Positions 1 through 10,851 of a stretch of 29,772 nt of DNA are shown in pieces. Source of the stretch: Octopus sinensis (taxonomy: Eukaryota); assembly GCF_006345805.1 (NCBI RefSeq), contig NW_021832911.1:1-29772 (forward strand), read 5' to 3'. How positions within the stretch are numbered: the first letter of the stretch is position 1; each line of letters starts with the position of its first letter. A model generated the notes under the pieces. The model was not told the DNA's origin. It did not search any database and was given only the letters and a program-made list of their open reading frames with translations. A program made the translations under genes and the position numbers.

Positions 1-146
1 CAACATCAACGAAGCACATGGGTGAGTTTACATATATTACATCCGGATAAATGGCAAACTTTTACGAATTGCATTTCGGGAGAGGAAAAGTTTTTTCGGA
101 ATAAAAATTTAGCAATTAAGTAGTTGTCCTTAATTGCTAAATTTTT

Positions 147-150
147 ATAC

Positions 151-196
<46 letters not shown>

Positions 197-240
197 TGTG
201 TGGTGGTGTGTGTGTGTGTGTGTGTGTGTGTGAGTGAGAG
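147..240. repeat. Compound microsatellite (TA)n-(GA)n-(TG)n
   Basis: Directly visible dinucleotide runs. Confidence 0.95.
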
Positions 241-614
241 ACAGTTGTTAACTGAACGGAAACCTGAGCTACTTTATCTACGCCAACACCCCAGCCTACC
301 AAATGTATGAGTACCTAATATTGCGAACTGATGTCGCTAAATACACCATACCGCAACTAGCTGCCCAAGTGGTAACAGATATCTACCAACATTCGAGAAC
401 GTGGCCTAAAGAATAAGAGAAATATCTGGTGATGCTAACACATCGTTAACACCAGCTGACCTCAGCTGACCAATAGAGGCCCTAACATCTAGATAATATT
501 TTGAATGTGTCCCAAATCCCTTATTCTTCTGATATTTATGAGACTGTTCCAATGAAACATTAAGTTAACATGGGACTTAGTCAAAAATGTTACTAAATAC
601 ATACGTGCGCGTGC

Positions 615-789
615 GTCTGTCGTTACGTTCTGAGTTCAAATTCCGCCGAGGTCGACTTTGCCTTTCATCCTTTCGGGGTCGATTAAATAAGTACCAGTTA
701 CGCACTGGGGTCGATGTAATCGACTTAATCCCTTTGTCTGTCCTTGTTTGTCCCCTCTATGTTTAGCCCCTTGTGGGCAATAAAGAAAT
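615..789 (+). mobile_element. 5'-truncated tRNA-derived SINE, family A (OK-like), single body unit
   Basis: B-box GAGTTCAAATTCC, central GGTCGACTTTGCCTTTCATCCTTTCGGGGTCGAT motif, tail GGGCAATAAAGAAAT. Near-identical copies elsewhere in the window. Followed by (TA)n. Confidence 0.9.
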
Positions 790-1389
790 TTATATATACA
801 TATATATATATATAATATACATATATTACATACATACGACATGCATACATACATACAGTATGTGTGTATACAAGTGTATATATGCGCTCCAGGCAAACGT
901 ATACTTGCAGTGGTACTACTGGCAATTATCCCTGACCAGTTTTTAGCTAGAGATAAAACACATTACATTTAATTATGTCTAATGGATTTAATGGTATTAT
1001 ATAGCAGTAAGTGACACTTGTATTAATCATGCCTTTCTCGAAGATAATCAAAGCCTGGTGATAGAAAACGAGATAGCTGGTTCCTGTTGTCCAAGATCTA
1101 CTTATTTCCTTACTGTACAGTACTTTTCAATTTCTACTCCACTCACACATACTTTAAACCATTTCATTATTTTGTTCATTATTTTGCTCCAAGTCTGTCA
1201 TCCAGTAATTCTGTGAAGAAAAGGAAGGAAAAACAAAACCACCGAAACATAACGCAGCAGATTGTTCTCATTGGCTTGGAGCGATGATCGTTCGTTACGA
1301 TTAACATGGCCACCATAACCCGCCTTCACATCTCTCGTTCGTTTACAGTTTATCACATTATCTGAACCGAAAACTACTCCACATAAACA

Positions 1390-1472
1390 CATACATGCGC
1401 ACATATGTACGTACGTAAATGCAAACATACTAGCATATATGTGTGTGTATCTGTGTTTATATATATATATAT

Positions 1473-1507
<35 letters not shown>

Positions 1508-1525
1508 ATCCTTGTTGCTATTTTG

Positions 1526-1562
<37 letters not shown>

Positions 1563-1600
1563 GTATATGTATATGTATATATACATATGCATATACATAT

Positions 1601-1644
<44 letters not shown>

Positions 1645-2020
1645 GCATATATACATATATATATATATACACACATACACACACATATAGAAGTGTGTAT
1701 ATATGTGTGTGCGCGTCTCTATCTATATATAAATATATATATACACACATATATGCATATATAGATTTGCCTATATACTCAAGCCTACATACACAAACCG
1801 ATAGCCACCCGTAAATGCTCGCACACGCAACTATGTGTGAATGTGTGTACGTATATATGTATATATATATGAGTGTATATACACATATATAAATATATAT
1901 ATATACACATACATACATACATGCATACACACATATATATATACACGCATACACACATATATATATATACACACGTACACACATATACATATACGCAGTC
2001 GCACGCATGCGCACGCAACA
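1390..2020. repeat. Long compound (TA)/(CA)/(TATG) microsatellite tract
   Basis: Directly visible; source of the YI/HT/CV pseudo-ORFs. Confidence 0.95.
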
Positions 2021-2385
2021 CACACGCTAGCCTGTACGATTTTCTTCTTTCCGGTTATCTCCATCAATCCATCAATCTGTTAATGGATGACGTGGGGGTA
2101 GAAAAAAAAAGGAATCTTACACATTTAGCGTAAGCTAAATATTTATATTTATATCGTCTTCCTTTTATGTCCTTCTTTTATTGCTATTGGTGCTGTTGTT
2201 GTTGTAGTTGTTTTCGCTTTGTCTCTTCCATCACAACGATTCTGGGATGTCAGACGTGAAGGGGTTTGGAAGCGATGAGGGCTCGAAAGCTTGCAGGCTT
2301 TCCTTCTATATTCCATCACAGACACCGACGAAATACCCTCCTCACCATCCTTCTCTCTTTCTATCTCTCCCTCTCTCTCTCTCAC

Positions 2386-2386
<1 letters not shown>

Positions 2387-2455
<69 letters not shown>
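2387..2455. repeat. (CTAT)n tetranucleotide microsatellite
   Basis: Directly visible. Confidence 0.95.
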
Positions 2456-2457
<2 letters not shown>

Positions 2458-2581
2458 ATCCATCTATTTAACTCTTTGCTTCTCCTACATCCCACCATTC
2501 TTGTTTCTATCCAAATTTTAGAATGTCAGCACGACGATGTGGAAGAAAGAGAATAACAAACGGTTACTTGAAGGATTTGAT

Positions 2582-2582
<1 letters not shown>

Positions 2583-2621
<39 letters not shown>

Positions 2622-2779
2622 GTATTTATATATATGTATTTATATATATATATATGTATGCATGTATATATATAAATATGTATTTATATATAAACTTAGA
2701 TAAACTTAGATATGTTTCGACCAAGATTAGTCCAGGCCATGCCTAACTTAATAGCACCACCTGACATATATATATTAGA

Positions 2780-2837
<58 letters not shown>

Positions 2838-2841
2838 ATAG

Positions 2842-2875
<34 letters not shown>

Positions 2876-2918
2876 GTATGTATATAGTAATGTATATATA
2901 TATATATATATGTATGTA

Positions 2919-2965
<47 letters not shown>

Positions 2966-2980
2966 AGTATATATATATAT
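2583..2980. repeat. (TG)n and interrupted (TA)n microsatellites
   Basis: Directly visible, with a short unique spacer at about 2700-2765. Confidence 0.9.
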
Positions 2981-3321
2981 AAAGGTAAAGACCCCCTTCG
3001 GTCATGAATGACCATGGGATTGCACCTAGAAAGTTACCCTCCTAGACACAAGTCTGGGCAAGGTTGTTTTTTTATGGAAGGCCGCAGTCCCGCCCATGCA
3101 TACACCTCCCCTCTCCACGCCACCAGTGTTATCCAAGGGAAAGACAAAGGTCGATACAGCTTGGCACCAGTGACGTCGCAACTCATTTCTACAGCTGAGT
3201 GAACTGGAGCAACGTGAAATAAAGTGCCTTGCTCGAGAACACAACACGCAGCCCGGTCCGGGATTCGAGCTCACAACCTCACGATTGTAAGCTCGACGCT
3301 CTAACCACTGAGCCATGCGCC
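2981..3321 (-). mobile_element. Full-length CORE-type SINE (family B) with an RTE-like TTTACCTTT tail and a target-site duplication
   Basis: On the minus strand: A-box TGGCTCAGTGG, B-box-like GAGCTCGAATCC, CORE-like GCAAGGCACTTTATTTCACGTTGCTCCAGTTCACTCAGCTGTAGAAATGAG, 3' end CTTTACCTTT. AGTATATATATAT flanks both sides (2966-2980 and 3322-3334). Confidence 0.9.
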
Positions 3322-3404
3322 AGTATATATATATGTAAAAAAATACAAACTAGGACAAGACGTATGTATATATTTATGTATGTATTCATGTATGCTTGTG
3401 TATG

Positions 3405-3476
<72 letters not shown>

Positions 3477-3490
3477 TGTATGTATATATA
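3322..3490. repeat. (TA)/(TG)/(TATG) microsatellites
   Basis: Directly visible. Confidence 0.9.
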
Positions 3491-3599
3491 ATGGGGTGGG
3501 GCGGTGTTAGTAATTGGAAGATAGCATACAATGAGGAAGTACGTAAATCTTGAACTCCAGGAACCCGCTATCTGGTTTTCCAGTCATCAGCTTTTATAT

Positions 3600-3835
3600 A
3601 CTACCACCGAACAACTACCATAACAGCTATCAACCGTTAAATACCACCACTACCACCAACAACACCACTCATACCACCACCGCCACCATTATCATCACAA
3701 TAACCAATAACAGCACTACAACCAACACTACGGTATCTATTAGCACCACCAGCTTTCTCTCAGCGTCACCGCCAACCATTCCACTAAGAACAGCAATACT
3801 ACTGCCCCTACTGCTGTCACTAACAGCACCACCAT
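3600..3835. repeat. Degenerate (ACC/AAC)n trinucleotide low-complexity tract
   Basis: Directly visible. Confidence 0.8.
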
Positions 3836-3845
3836 CCCCTATACT

Positions 3846-4254
3846 TATTTCTTTACTACCCACAAGGGGCTAAACTCAGAGGGGACAAACAATGACAGAC
3901 AAACGGATTAATTCGATTATATCGACCCCAGTGCGTAACTGGTACTTATTTAATCGACACCGAAAGGATGAAAGGCAAAGTCGACCTCGACGGAATCTGA
4001 ACTCAGAACGTAACGACAGACGAAATACCTAGTTCTTTACTACCCACAAGGGGTTAAACAAAGAGGGGACAAACAAGGACAGACATAGGTATTAAGTCGA
4101 TTACATCGACCCCAGTGCGTAACTGGTACTTAATTTATCGACCCCGAAAGGATGAAAGGCAAAGTCGACCGCGGCGGATTTTGAACTCAGAACGTAACGG
4201 CAGACGAAATACCACTAAGCATTTCGCCCGGCGTGCTAACGTTTCTGCCAGCTC
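3846..4254 (-). mobile_element. Family A SINE dimer: head plus two 184-bp units
   Basis: Head GAGCTGGCAGAAACGTTAGCACGCCGGGCGAAATGCTTAG at about 4215-4254. Two tandem bodies with the junction at 4029/4030. Confidence 0.9.
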
Positions 4255-4557
4255 ATCATTACCTTCAACACCAAAATCACCATCACCCACAAATACCATC
4301 ACAACCACCGCCACCAACATTAACATCACCATCCCCAAAAATCAGCAGTAGCTACCACGTTTTCCGCCACCTCCATAACCACCTGATATATTCTGATAAC
4401 GTGTTTAATATATCATCATTGCGGTTCTTATCGTTGGTGTTGTTGTTGATGATGATGATGATGATAATGATGATGATGTTGTAACTACCCAACTTTCTTC
4501 ACCTTCACTAAATAGACCGTGCTGACACATATATATATATATATCATTATCAGTACT

Positions 4558-4840
4558 GTGGAGGTGCAATGGCCCAGTGGTTAAGGCAGCGAACTCACGG
4601 TCATAGAATCGTGGTTTCGATTCCCAGACCGGGCGTTGTGAGTGTTTATTGAGGGAAAACACACCTAAAATTCTACGAATGTCCGACAGAGGTGAAGCGG
4701 CGAATCCTGTTGTACTCTTTCACCACAACTTTCGCTCACTATTTTTTCCTGTTTCTGTTGTACCTGTATTTCAAAGGGACCAGCCTTGTCACACTCTGTG
4801 TCACGCTGAATCTCCTCCGAGAACTAAGTTAAGGGTACAC
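4558..4840 (+). mobile_element. tRNA-derived SINE, family C (non-CORE centre), 3'-truncated
   Basis: A-box TGGCCCAGTGG, B-box GGTTTCGATTCC. Tail CCTTGTCACACTCTGTGTCACGCTGAAT...AAGGGTACAC is shared with the copy at 11698-12287. Confidence 0.85.
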
Positions 4841-5120
4841 GACCTCGGCGGAATTTGAACTCAGAACGTAAAGACAGACGAAATACCTATTTCTTTACTG
4901 CCCACAAAGGGCTACACACAGAGGGGACAAACAAGGACAGACAAACGAATTAAGTCGATTATATCGACCCAGTGCGTAACTGGTACTTATTTAATCGACA
5001 CCGAAAGGATGAAAGGCAAAGTCGACCTCGGCGGAATTTGAACTCCGAACGTAGCCGCAGACGAAATACCGATAAGCATTTTTCCTGGCGTGCTAACGTT
5101 TCTGCCAGCTCCGCTGCCTT
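4841..5120 (-). mobile_element. Family A SINE: head, one unit and a truncated second unit
   Basis: Head at about 5075-5120, junction at 4887/4888. The second unit stops abruptly at 4841. Confidence 0.9.
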
Positions 5121-5489
5121 GGTCTTTGAATAAGTTTCTTCTTGATTAATAATGTTTTTCTAAAAATGCCTTTGAGCTCGAGCTTAAATCAACGCTGATA
5201 TCATTATCATCACCACCAATGAGAAAAGGCCCTTGCCTGGTCGCTTTCCCGCCCAAATCCCTCTTAACAAGATATCATTGTCTTAAATGGATGAAGGAGA
5301 TGCTGGAAAGTACAACATTATATCTAAATATGTTTAATCATAAATCTGCTCAGTCATGATAGTGGCTGAAACCAAACAACAACAGTAGCATACGTAGCAG
5401 CACTATCATAGCAGCTAAATCTCCCTCAAATAAAGAACCGGAAGTACCTATAATACAATCAAGAATAGCCTGGGGCTAGACAAAAATGC

Positions 5490-5965
5490 CATCTTGTTTG
5501 CCCGGTAGACGAGGTTGAAAGGGTTCAGGGTAAACACTGTTGCCTTTTCGGTCAAGCCCTCATCGACCTTTTCAGATTCTGCTTACCTGAAATGGAAAGT
5601 GAGGGCAAAGAGAGCCATGTTCTCTCCAAGAAATGTGGTTGACTGTGACAAAATCGGTTAGGGTAAATGGTCCTACTCGAAGCATGTGGTTGTAGATTGG
5701 CGAACAGCAGTTGAGTGAGGGCTTGTGCCTTGGTGGTCGGGTGGTCGAATGATCCTGGACCCGTGGTGTTCTTTGCTTAGCTCTTACTTGGAGGCTCTCC
5801 TCTACCAGGAGAACTGCATCATTCTCGTATTCAGCTGTTCTACATAATATGTATACTTTTCTTGGTTTCTCTCATCTTTTATGTAAACATCCACACAGAT
5901 TGCAAACTATCCTTGTAACGTTCCCCTAATATGGTACCCCTGTGGCAAATGAAAGAAATTACCAT
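5490..5965 (+). mobile_element. Possible decayed 3' end of an L1/Tx1-clade LINE (ORF2 C-terminus and 3' UTR)
   Basis: Frameshifted translation TRLKGFRVNTVAFS / GQALIDLFRFC / LKWKVRAKRAMFSP resembles, from recall, the C-terminus of molluscan L1/Tx1-like ORF2. Ends at GTGGCAAATGAAAGAAATT directly before an (ATC)n tract. Not verified by search. Confidence 0.35.
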
Positions 5966-6102
5966 CATCATTATCATTGATATTGTTGTCATCTTCATCA
6001 TTATCGTCGTCTTCGTCATCATCACCGTCATTATCTTCCTCATCATCATCATCATTTAGCCTTGCGCCAAAATTCGAAACCACTCTTATTATTATTATTA
6101 TT

Positions 6103-6153
<51 letters not shown>

Positions 6154-6178
6154 GTCATCGTCATCATTATTATTATTA

Positions 6179-6211
<33 letters not shown>

Positions 6212-6272
6212 CATCATCATTATTATCATCATCATCATCATCATAATCATCATCATCATCATCATCATTATT

Positions 6273-6322
<50 letters not shown>

Positions 6323-6350
6323 TATTATTATTACTATTATTATTATTATA
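5965..6350. repeat. (ATC)n/(ATT)n trinucleotide microsatellite
   Basis: Directly visible. Confidence 0.95.
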
Positions 6351-7099
6351 AACATTATCTCCTCGACGAAGACTTTGGATCTATGAATTCGCTTGTTACA
6401 CTACATTAGTCGCAAATAACATCTGTTAAGCCCTCTCCAAGACTCCTTTTCAACTGTTAAGTCAGATCTCGAAAGTTTTGGAATAATTAATATGCGATGG
6501 AGGAGGGTTAACAGATGTTGCTTTATGAGGTGATAGCATTAAAAAGACGTGAAAGTGGGCGGCATAAGTTGTTTCAGCCAACCAAGTATAATGATGTGTG
6601 GTGTAACGAGATAACAGTTTATCTTTTATATGTCTTTGTTTTTATTCAATAATTATCGTTTGAAGTGTGTTTTTTTATTTGTATTTGTTTTAATCGAAGT
6701 TAGTCAAGCGGAAAGACCTGGTGTCATTGATCTTTGAAGACACCCCCAACCACACTTGTGAGATTGGTGCGGCTGGTGTTAAATCTGAAACATCTGCAGG
6801 TCAATGCTTTTAAGGAAAAACGTGGCTCATTCTGGAACGAGATGCCTGGTGATAATGTTTACAAGAGGATGAACTGCGATTAAGGTACCAAAGGACCAAG
6901 CGGTGATAGTAAACTGGGTAACATGCGAAACACAAACTTCCCAACTTGACCTTTCTTTATATTTTGCTTGCGCCCTGGGACTTTAAAGGTCCTCCCGTTT
7001 TCGTCGCGCATAAGTGACGGAGATTATAACGTTCCCCGCTGAACGGGACCCCGGTGCTTTGCAGAGTCTAAAATTAGCAATTTCGAGTGGAAGGAACAC

Positions 7100-7262
7100 G
7101 TCGATTATATCAAAGTACTCCACTGGTCCTTTATTCATATACCCTAGATAAGTGAAAAGGCACAGCTGACCTCGGCTGAATTTGAACTCAGATCGTAAAA
7201 CAGCCGGTAGAAATGCTGTAAATCATTTTGTCCGACGTGCTAGCGACTCTGTCAGCTTGCTG
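7100..7262 (-). mobile_element. Old, diverged family A-like SINE
   Basis: GACCTCGGCTGAATTTGAACTCAG and GACGTGCTAGCGACTCTGTCAGC match the family A B-box and head with many substitutions. Confidence 0.7.
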
Positions 7263-7399
7263 CATTTGCCAGCTTGACATGATAACCAATAATTGTTTGA
7301 TCAAATCGTATCCTTTGATATCTGAAACAGTTCCTATATTTCCTTCCAAGATGGTGGATATTCTTTTAGTTCTTTCAAACATTGGGCTGTGGCCATGCC

Positions 7400-7545
7400 G
7401 CATCTAATCGTCACATTCTACACCACTCACTACCACATCGACTGTTTCCTCATAACGTGGATCGTTCATATGTGTTTGCTGCGGTCGTCGACTTGCAACA
7501 GTTTAAGCGGAACCTTAGCGACATCAGTCTCACTGGTCATTGCCC
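7400..7545 (+). mobile_element. Possible decayed 3' end of a CR1/L2/Jockey-group LINE ORF2
   Basis: Translation SYVFAAVVDLQQFKRNLSDISL loosely resembles the terminal WNSLP...xFKxxL motif region of these ORF2 proteins. The WNSLP motif itself is absent. Confidence 0.25.
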
Positions 7546-7604
7546 TTTCCTGGAGACTAGACTGAGGAAAATAGAGATAAACAAAACCAATGAGCTGGAA
7601 TCAA

Positions 7605-7732
7605 CTGAATCAAACTGGAACAACGTGAAATAAAATGTCTTACTCAAGGACACAACACACCTCCAGGAATCAAACACCTGATTTTACGATCGTGGGCCAA
7701 ACACCTTTACCACAAAGCCACGCCCCTTCACA
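7605..7732 (-). mobile_element. CORE-type SINE fragment (head plus CORE)
   Basis: AACTGGAACAACGTGAAATAAAATGTCTTACTCAAGGACAC matches the CORE of 2981-3321. Degenerate tRNA-like head to about 7732. Confidence 0.7.
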
Positions 7733-7739
7733 TAATATG

Positions 7740-7900
7740 TATATACATCACACAAACACAAGCACATACAAACAGCTGATACCATACAGACACACGGTTA
7801 ATACCACACACACACACCACACAACCACCACACACACAGACACACACAGTTACCACCACACGTACACATATGCCACCATACACACATACATACAGATACT
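7740..7900. repeat. Degenerate (CA)n tract
   Basis: Directly visible. Confidence 0.85.
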
Positions 7901-7919
7901 GACCATTCTTCACACATTC

Positions 7920-8175
7920 CTGTCCCAGAAAGCACTTTCTCTTTGTCCTTCGACTTCCGGTCATTTCAAAAATTTAACTACACCTGAACTGTTGCCGATG
8001 TTTTTCCTCCTTCTTTCTTTTCCTTTGAACTTTCATATGTTTCCTGTTTCCGAAGAAGAGATATGCTCGAAACGTAAAACGACCACTCTTTTCTTTCTCT
8101 GAGCGTCCTATTAATACTTTGCATGTGCTACGTCTTCACGTTGTTTTTTCTTGCTCTTTTCTGTTTTTTTTTTAA
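7920..8175 (+). mobile_element. Penelope-like element terminal-repeat fragment
   Basis: GAAGAAGAG...CTCGAAACGT signature followed by TTTCTCTGAGCGTC and a T-rich tract. Similar to 29400-29610. Confidence 0.5.
8045..8081 (+). ncRNA. Degenerate minimal type I hammerhead ribozyme (U4C core variant)
   Basis: TGTTT-CCGAAGA-A-GAG-atatg-CTC-GAAA-C-GT-A-AAACG: helix I 5 bp, helix II 3 bp, palindromic ACGT helix III. Confidence 0.5.
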
Positions 8176-9160
8176 TTATATATATACATATGTATATGCA
8201 CACACATACACAAGCATACACATTCAATTTGATGTGGTATAGGAAAGAAGTCGTTCAGGTCCACTAGTTATCTATGGTGCAAAAAGAAAACATTATAGTG
8301 AATGAAAATGCAGGCAGCAGGAACAAAAGGTAGAATTATGGTTGGAGGAATTATGAGTAAGACATTGAAGACAAAATAACAAGGAGATGGTGGGTTTGAA
8401 ATAACAACTGACAGAGCTGGACCGAGTATGGGTGGACGGAGGGTCAGATAGACAGATAAAAGTAACAGGGTGTCTGATTGTAAGCTACTTTTTCAGGAAG
8501 ACGTTACTGTGAAGAAAGACTGTGTGTAAGTGTGGGCGAAAGAGATAGAATCTTGAAGAGGAAGTAATATTTTAAATATTAGTTAAGCACTAAATTTTAA
8601 TGCATGTCCGTATGTGTGTGTAGATGTGTGTTAAAAATACTAAAAATATATGACAGACACACTGAATTAAACATGGCGGAATTTATAATCAAAGGTTTAT
8701 TTTAAATACTTCGTTTCAAAACCAACAAGTATATTATACCACCTACTTTAATACTTACTGAAGCATTCGTTGAATATACAAAATATTCTGCATAGACTTT
8801 CTTTCTTTTTCAATTCTTATCGTTTTGTTTGTTTTTTTCTTTAACCCTAGAAAAAAGCTATACTTTATGACGCTCCCCCACTAAAAAAAAAAAAGCTCTA
8901 CTTCAAACACCTGGAGGAAGTTTACTCCCCCTCACCAAGTGAGGAATGTTTACTTACCACCGCAGTACGTGCAACATTACCACTCAATATCTAAAGAAGC
9001 CCTTCGTTCATCACACAACCGGAAAGCTGTCCTAAGCCACAACAGCACCCTTGGTTCTTTCTTGCCAAGAGGCTCACTAATAACTATGTAGAATCTTCCG
9101 ACGACTCACTTCTCAAACAAGCCATCTCTGAACGTAAGACACTCGCTGGAGAAATATTTG

Positions 9161-9603
9161 CGGATCTTTTCGGTTTGACCGGCAGCTTTTTTCTAGCGGT
9201 GTCATATGAAATTGTCACCCATAATTATGACCCTAATATCGATCTATTGCATTTCAATCTGTTTTAGGGTTAGGGTTTGAGTTAGGGTTGGTTAAGGTTA
9301 GGGGTGGGGGGAAGGGTATCTTTTTTTCTTCAGAAATGTAAATAAACCCAATCTGTTTCTTAAACGAGGGAACTATTTATACGACACAGAATGTTTTCAC
9401 CTCAATAGACGTCATTGATTGGTTGAAATTGCAGAAATTGAAGGAAAAACAACAACAAATATCTTACAAACTATAGAATTTTCTCAATAAAGCCAAGAGA
9501 AAAAGATGTTTTATAAATACATTCTACCAGTATACGAAATTTAGAAATGTTTAGTTACGTGAAAATTATTTTAAAAAACTGCCGGTTAAACCGAAAAGAT
9601 CCG
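9161..9603. mobile_element. Non-autonomous TIR element (MITE), Mutator-like by TSD length, with internal TTAGGG repeats
   Basis: 31-bp TIRs CGGATCTTTTCGGTTTRACCGGCAGYTTTTT (2 mismatches). Perfect TSD AAATATTTG at 9152-9160 and 9604-9612, or an 11-bp GAAATATTTGC if the ends are 9162/9602. Confidence 0.9.
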
Positions 9604-9854
9604 AAATATTTGCTGTCCATTTCGCTTTCAGCTTTATACTGCATGCATTCAATAAATGCACTAAACTCCACCGCGTTATACTCACACCCAAAGTGAAAAA
9701 GCTCTTCTGTTCGCTCCAGTCAAACTACAGGACAATGTCTCTGACAGTGCCTTTTTAACCATTTTTATACAATGTTTCCACACTTCTCACAGATTGGCTC
9801 ACAATCTCACCAAACTATTCGCTCTCTCTCTGGCTGCCCCCTCTCCCTCCCACC

Positions 9855-9971
<117 letters not shown>

Positions 9972-10086
9972 CTGTTATCCCAAACTTCCTCTCAGCCTAC
10001 ACTATTTCAGTATCGTGTTTTTTCTGACCTATCGTATATCAAACATGACATATTACTGCTCATATTATGGAAGTAGTTATTCCTTC

Positions 10087-10096
10087 CACACACACA

Positions 10097-10144
<48 letters not shown>

Positions 10145-10165
10145 CACACACACACACACATACAG
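10087..10165. repeat. (CA)n microsatellite
   Basis: Directly visible. Confidence 0.95.
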
Positions 10166-10442
10166 ACACGCACCTAACAAGACACGCTTCTATACAAACG
10201 TATCCCTTCACAGTTTAACGCTACGTACACAAGCCTCACCCATATTCAAATTAGTCAACTCGTGTCAAATCTGCCCTTCCTTCAGAAACAATGACCTCAA
10301 CGGAGACACGCTCTTTGCATAGCACAGCACAACGACACAATCGCTACTGAAATCAGGGACACAGAAATCATCTTTAGCGCCAGATCCTACGTCAGCCTTG
10401 ATCAGTTTCTGCTCTACTACAAAGGTCAAGTAAGACTATACC

Positions 10443-10849
10443 TATTTCTTTACTACCTACAAGGGGCTAAACACAGAGAGGACAAACAAGGACAGACAAA
10501 CGGATTACGTCGATTATATCGACCCCAGTGCGTAACTGGTACTTATTTAATTGACCCCGAAAAGAGTGAAAGGTAAAGTCGACCTCGGCGGAATTTGAAC
10601 TCAGAACGCAGCGGCAGACGAAATACCTATTTCTTTACTACCCACAAGGTACTAAACACATAGGGGACGAACAAGAACAGACAAACGGATTAAGTTAATT
10701 ATATCGACCCCAGTGCGTAACTGGTACTTATTTAATCGACCCTGAAAGGATGAAAGGTAAGGTCGACCTCGGCGGAATTTGAACTCACAACATATCGGCA
10801 GACGAAATACCGCTGAACATTTCGCCCGGCGTGCTAACGAATCTGCCAG
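10443..10849 (-). mobile_element. Family A SINE dimer: head plus two units
   Basis: Junction at 10627/10628; head at about 10810-10849. Confidence 0.9.
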
Positions 10850-10851
10850 AC

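Noticed and set aside
2268-2298. AAGCGATGAGGGCTCGAAAGCTT as a hammerhead
   Set aside because: The core lacks CUGA, there is no room for helix II, and no NUH triplet is in register.
3250-3321. tRNA-like sequences at SINE heads (also 4558, 20310, 21340, 22180)
   Set aside because: A and B boxes are present, but no acceptor or T stems close a cloverleaf, and most continue into SINE body sequence.
3560-3592. Minus-strand CTGATGA-CTGG-AAAA-CCAG hairpin as a hammerhead
   Set aside because: The stem is followed by ATAG, not GAAA.
3846-4254. Regularly spaced ~184-bp repeats and the 27-bp array as CRISPR-like arrays
   Set aside because: No unique spacers, eukaryotic context, no cas genes.
5592-5840. 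Minus-strand stop-free frame of about 85 codons ending at a good donor CAG/GTAAGC
   Set aside because: No polypyrimidine acceptor, no recognisable protein similarity, and it is antisense to the probable LINE 3' fragment.
6690-6810. Possible short exon after a T-rich tract (VKRKDLVSLIFEDTP...)
   Set aside because: Weak donor, no recognisable homology, no supporting neighbouring exons.
8957-9760. Possible reading frame interrupted by the MITE at 9161-9603
   Set aside because: On rechecking, the frame hits a stop near 9090 before the MITE, and no known motif is recognisable.
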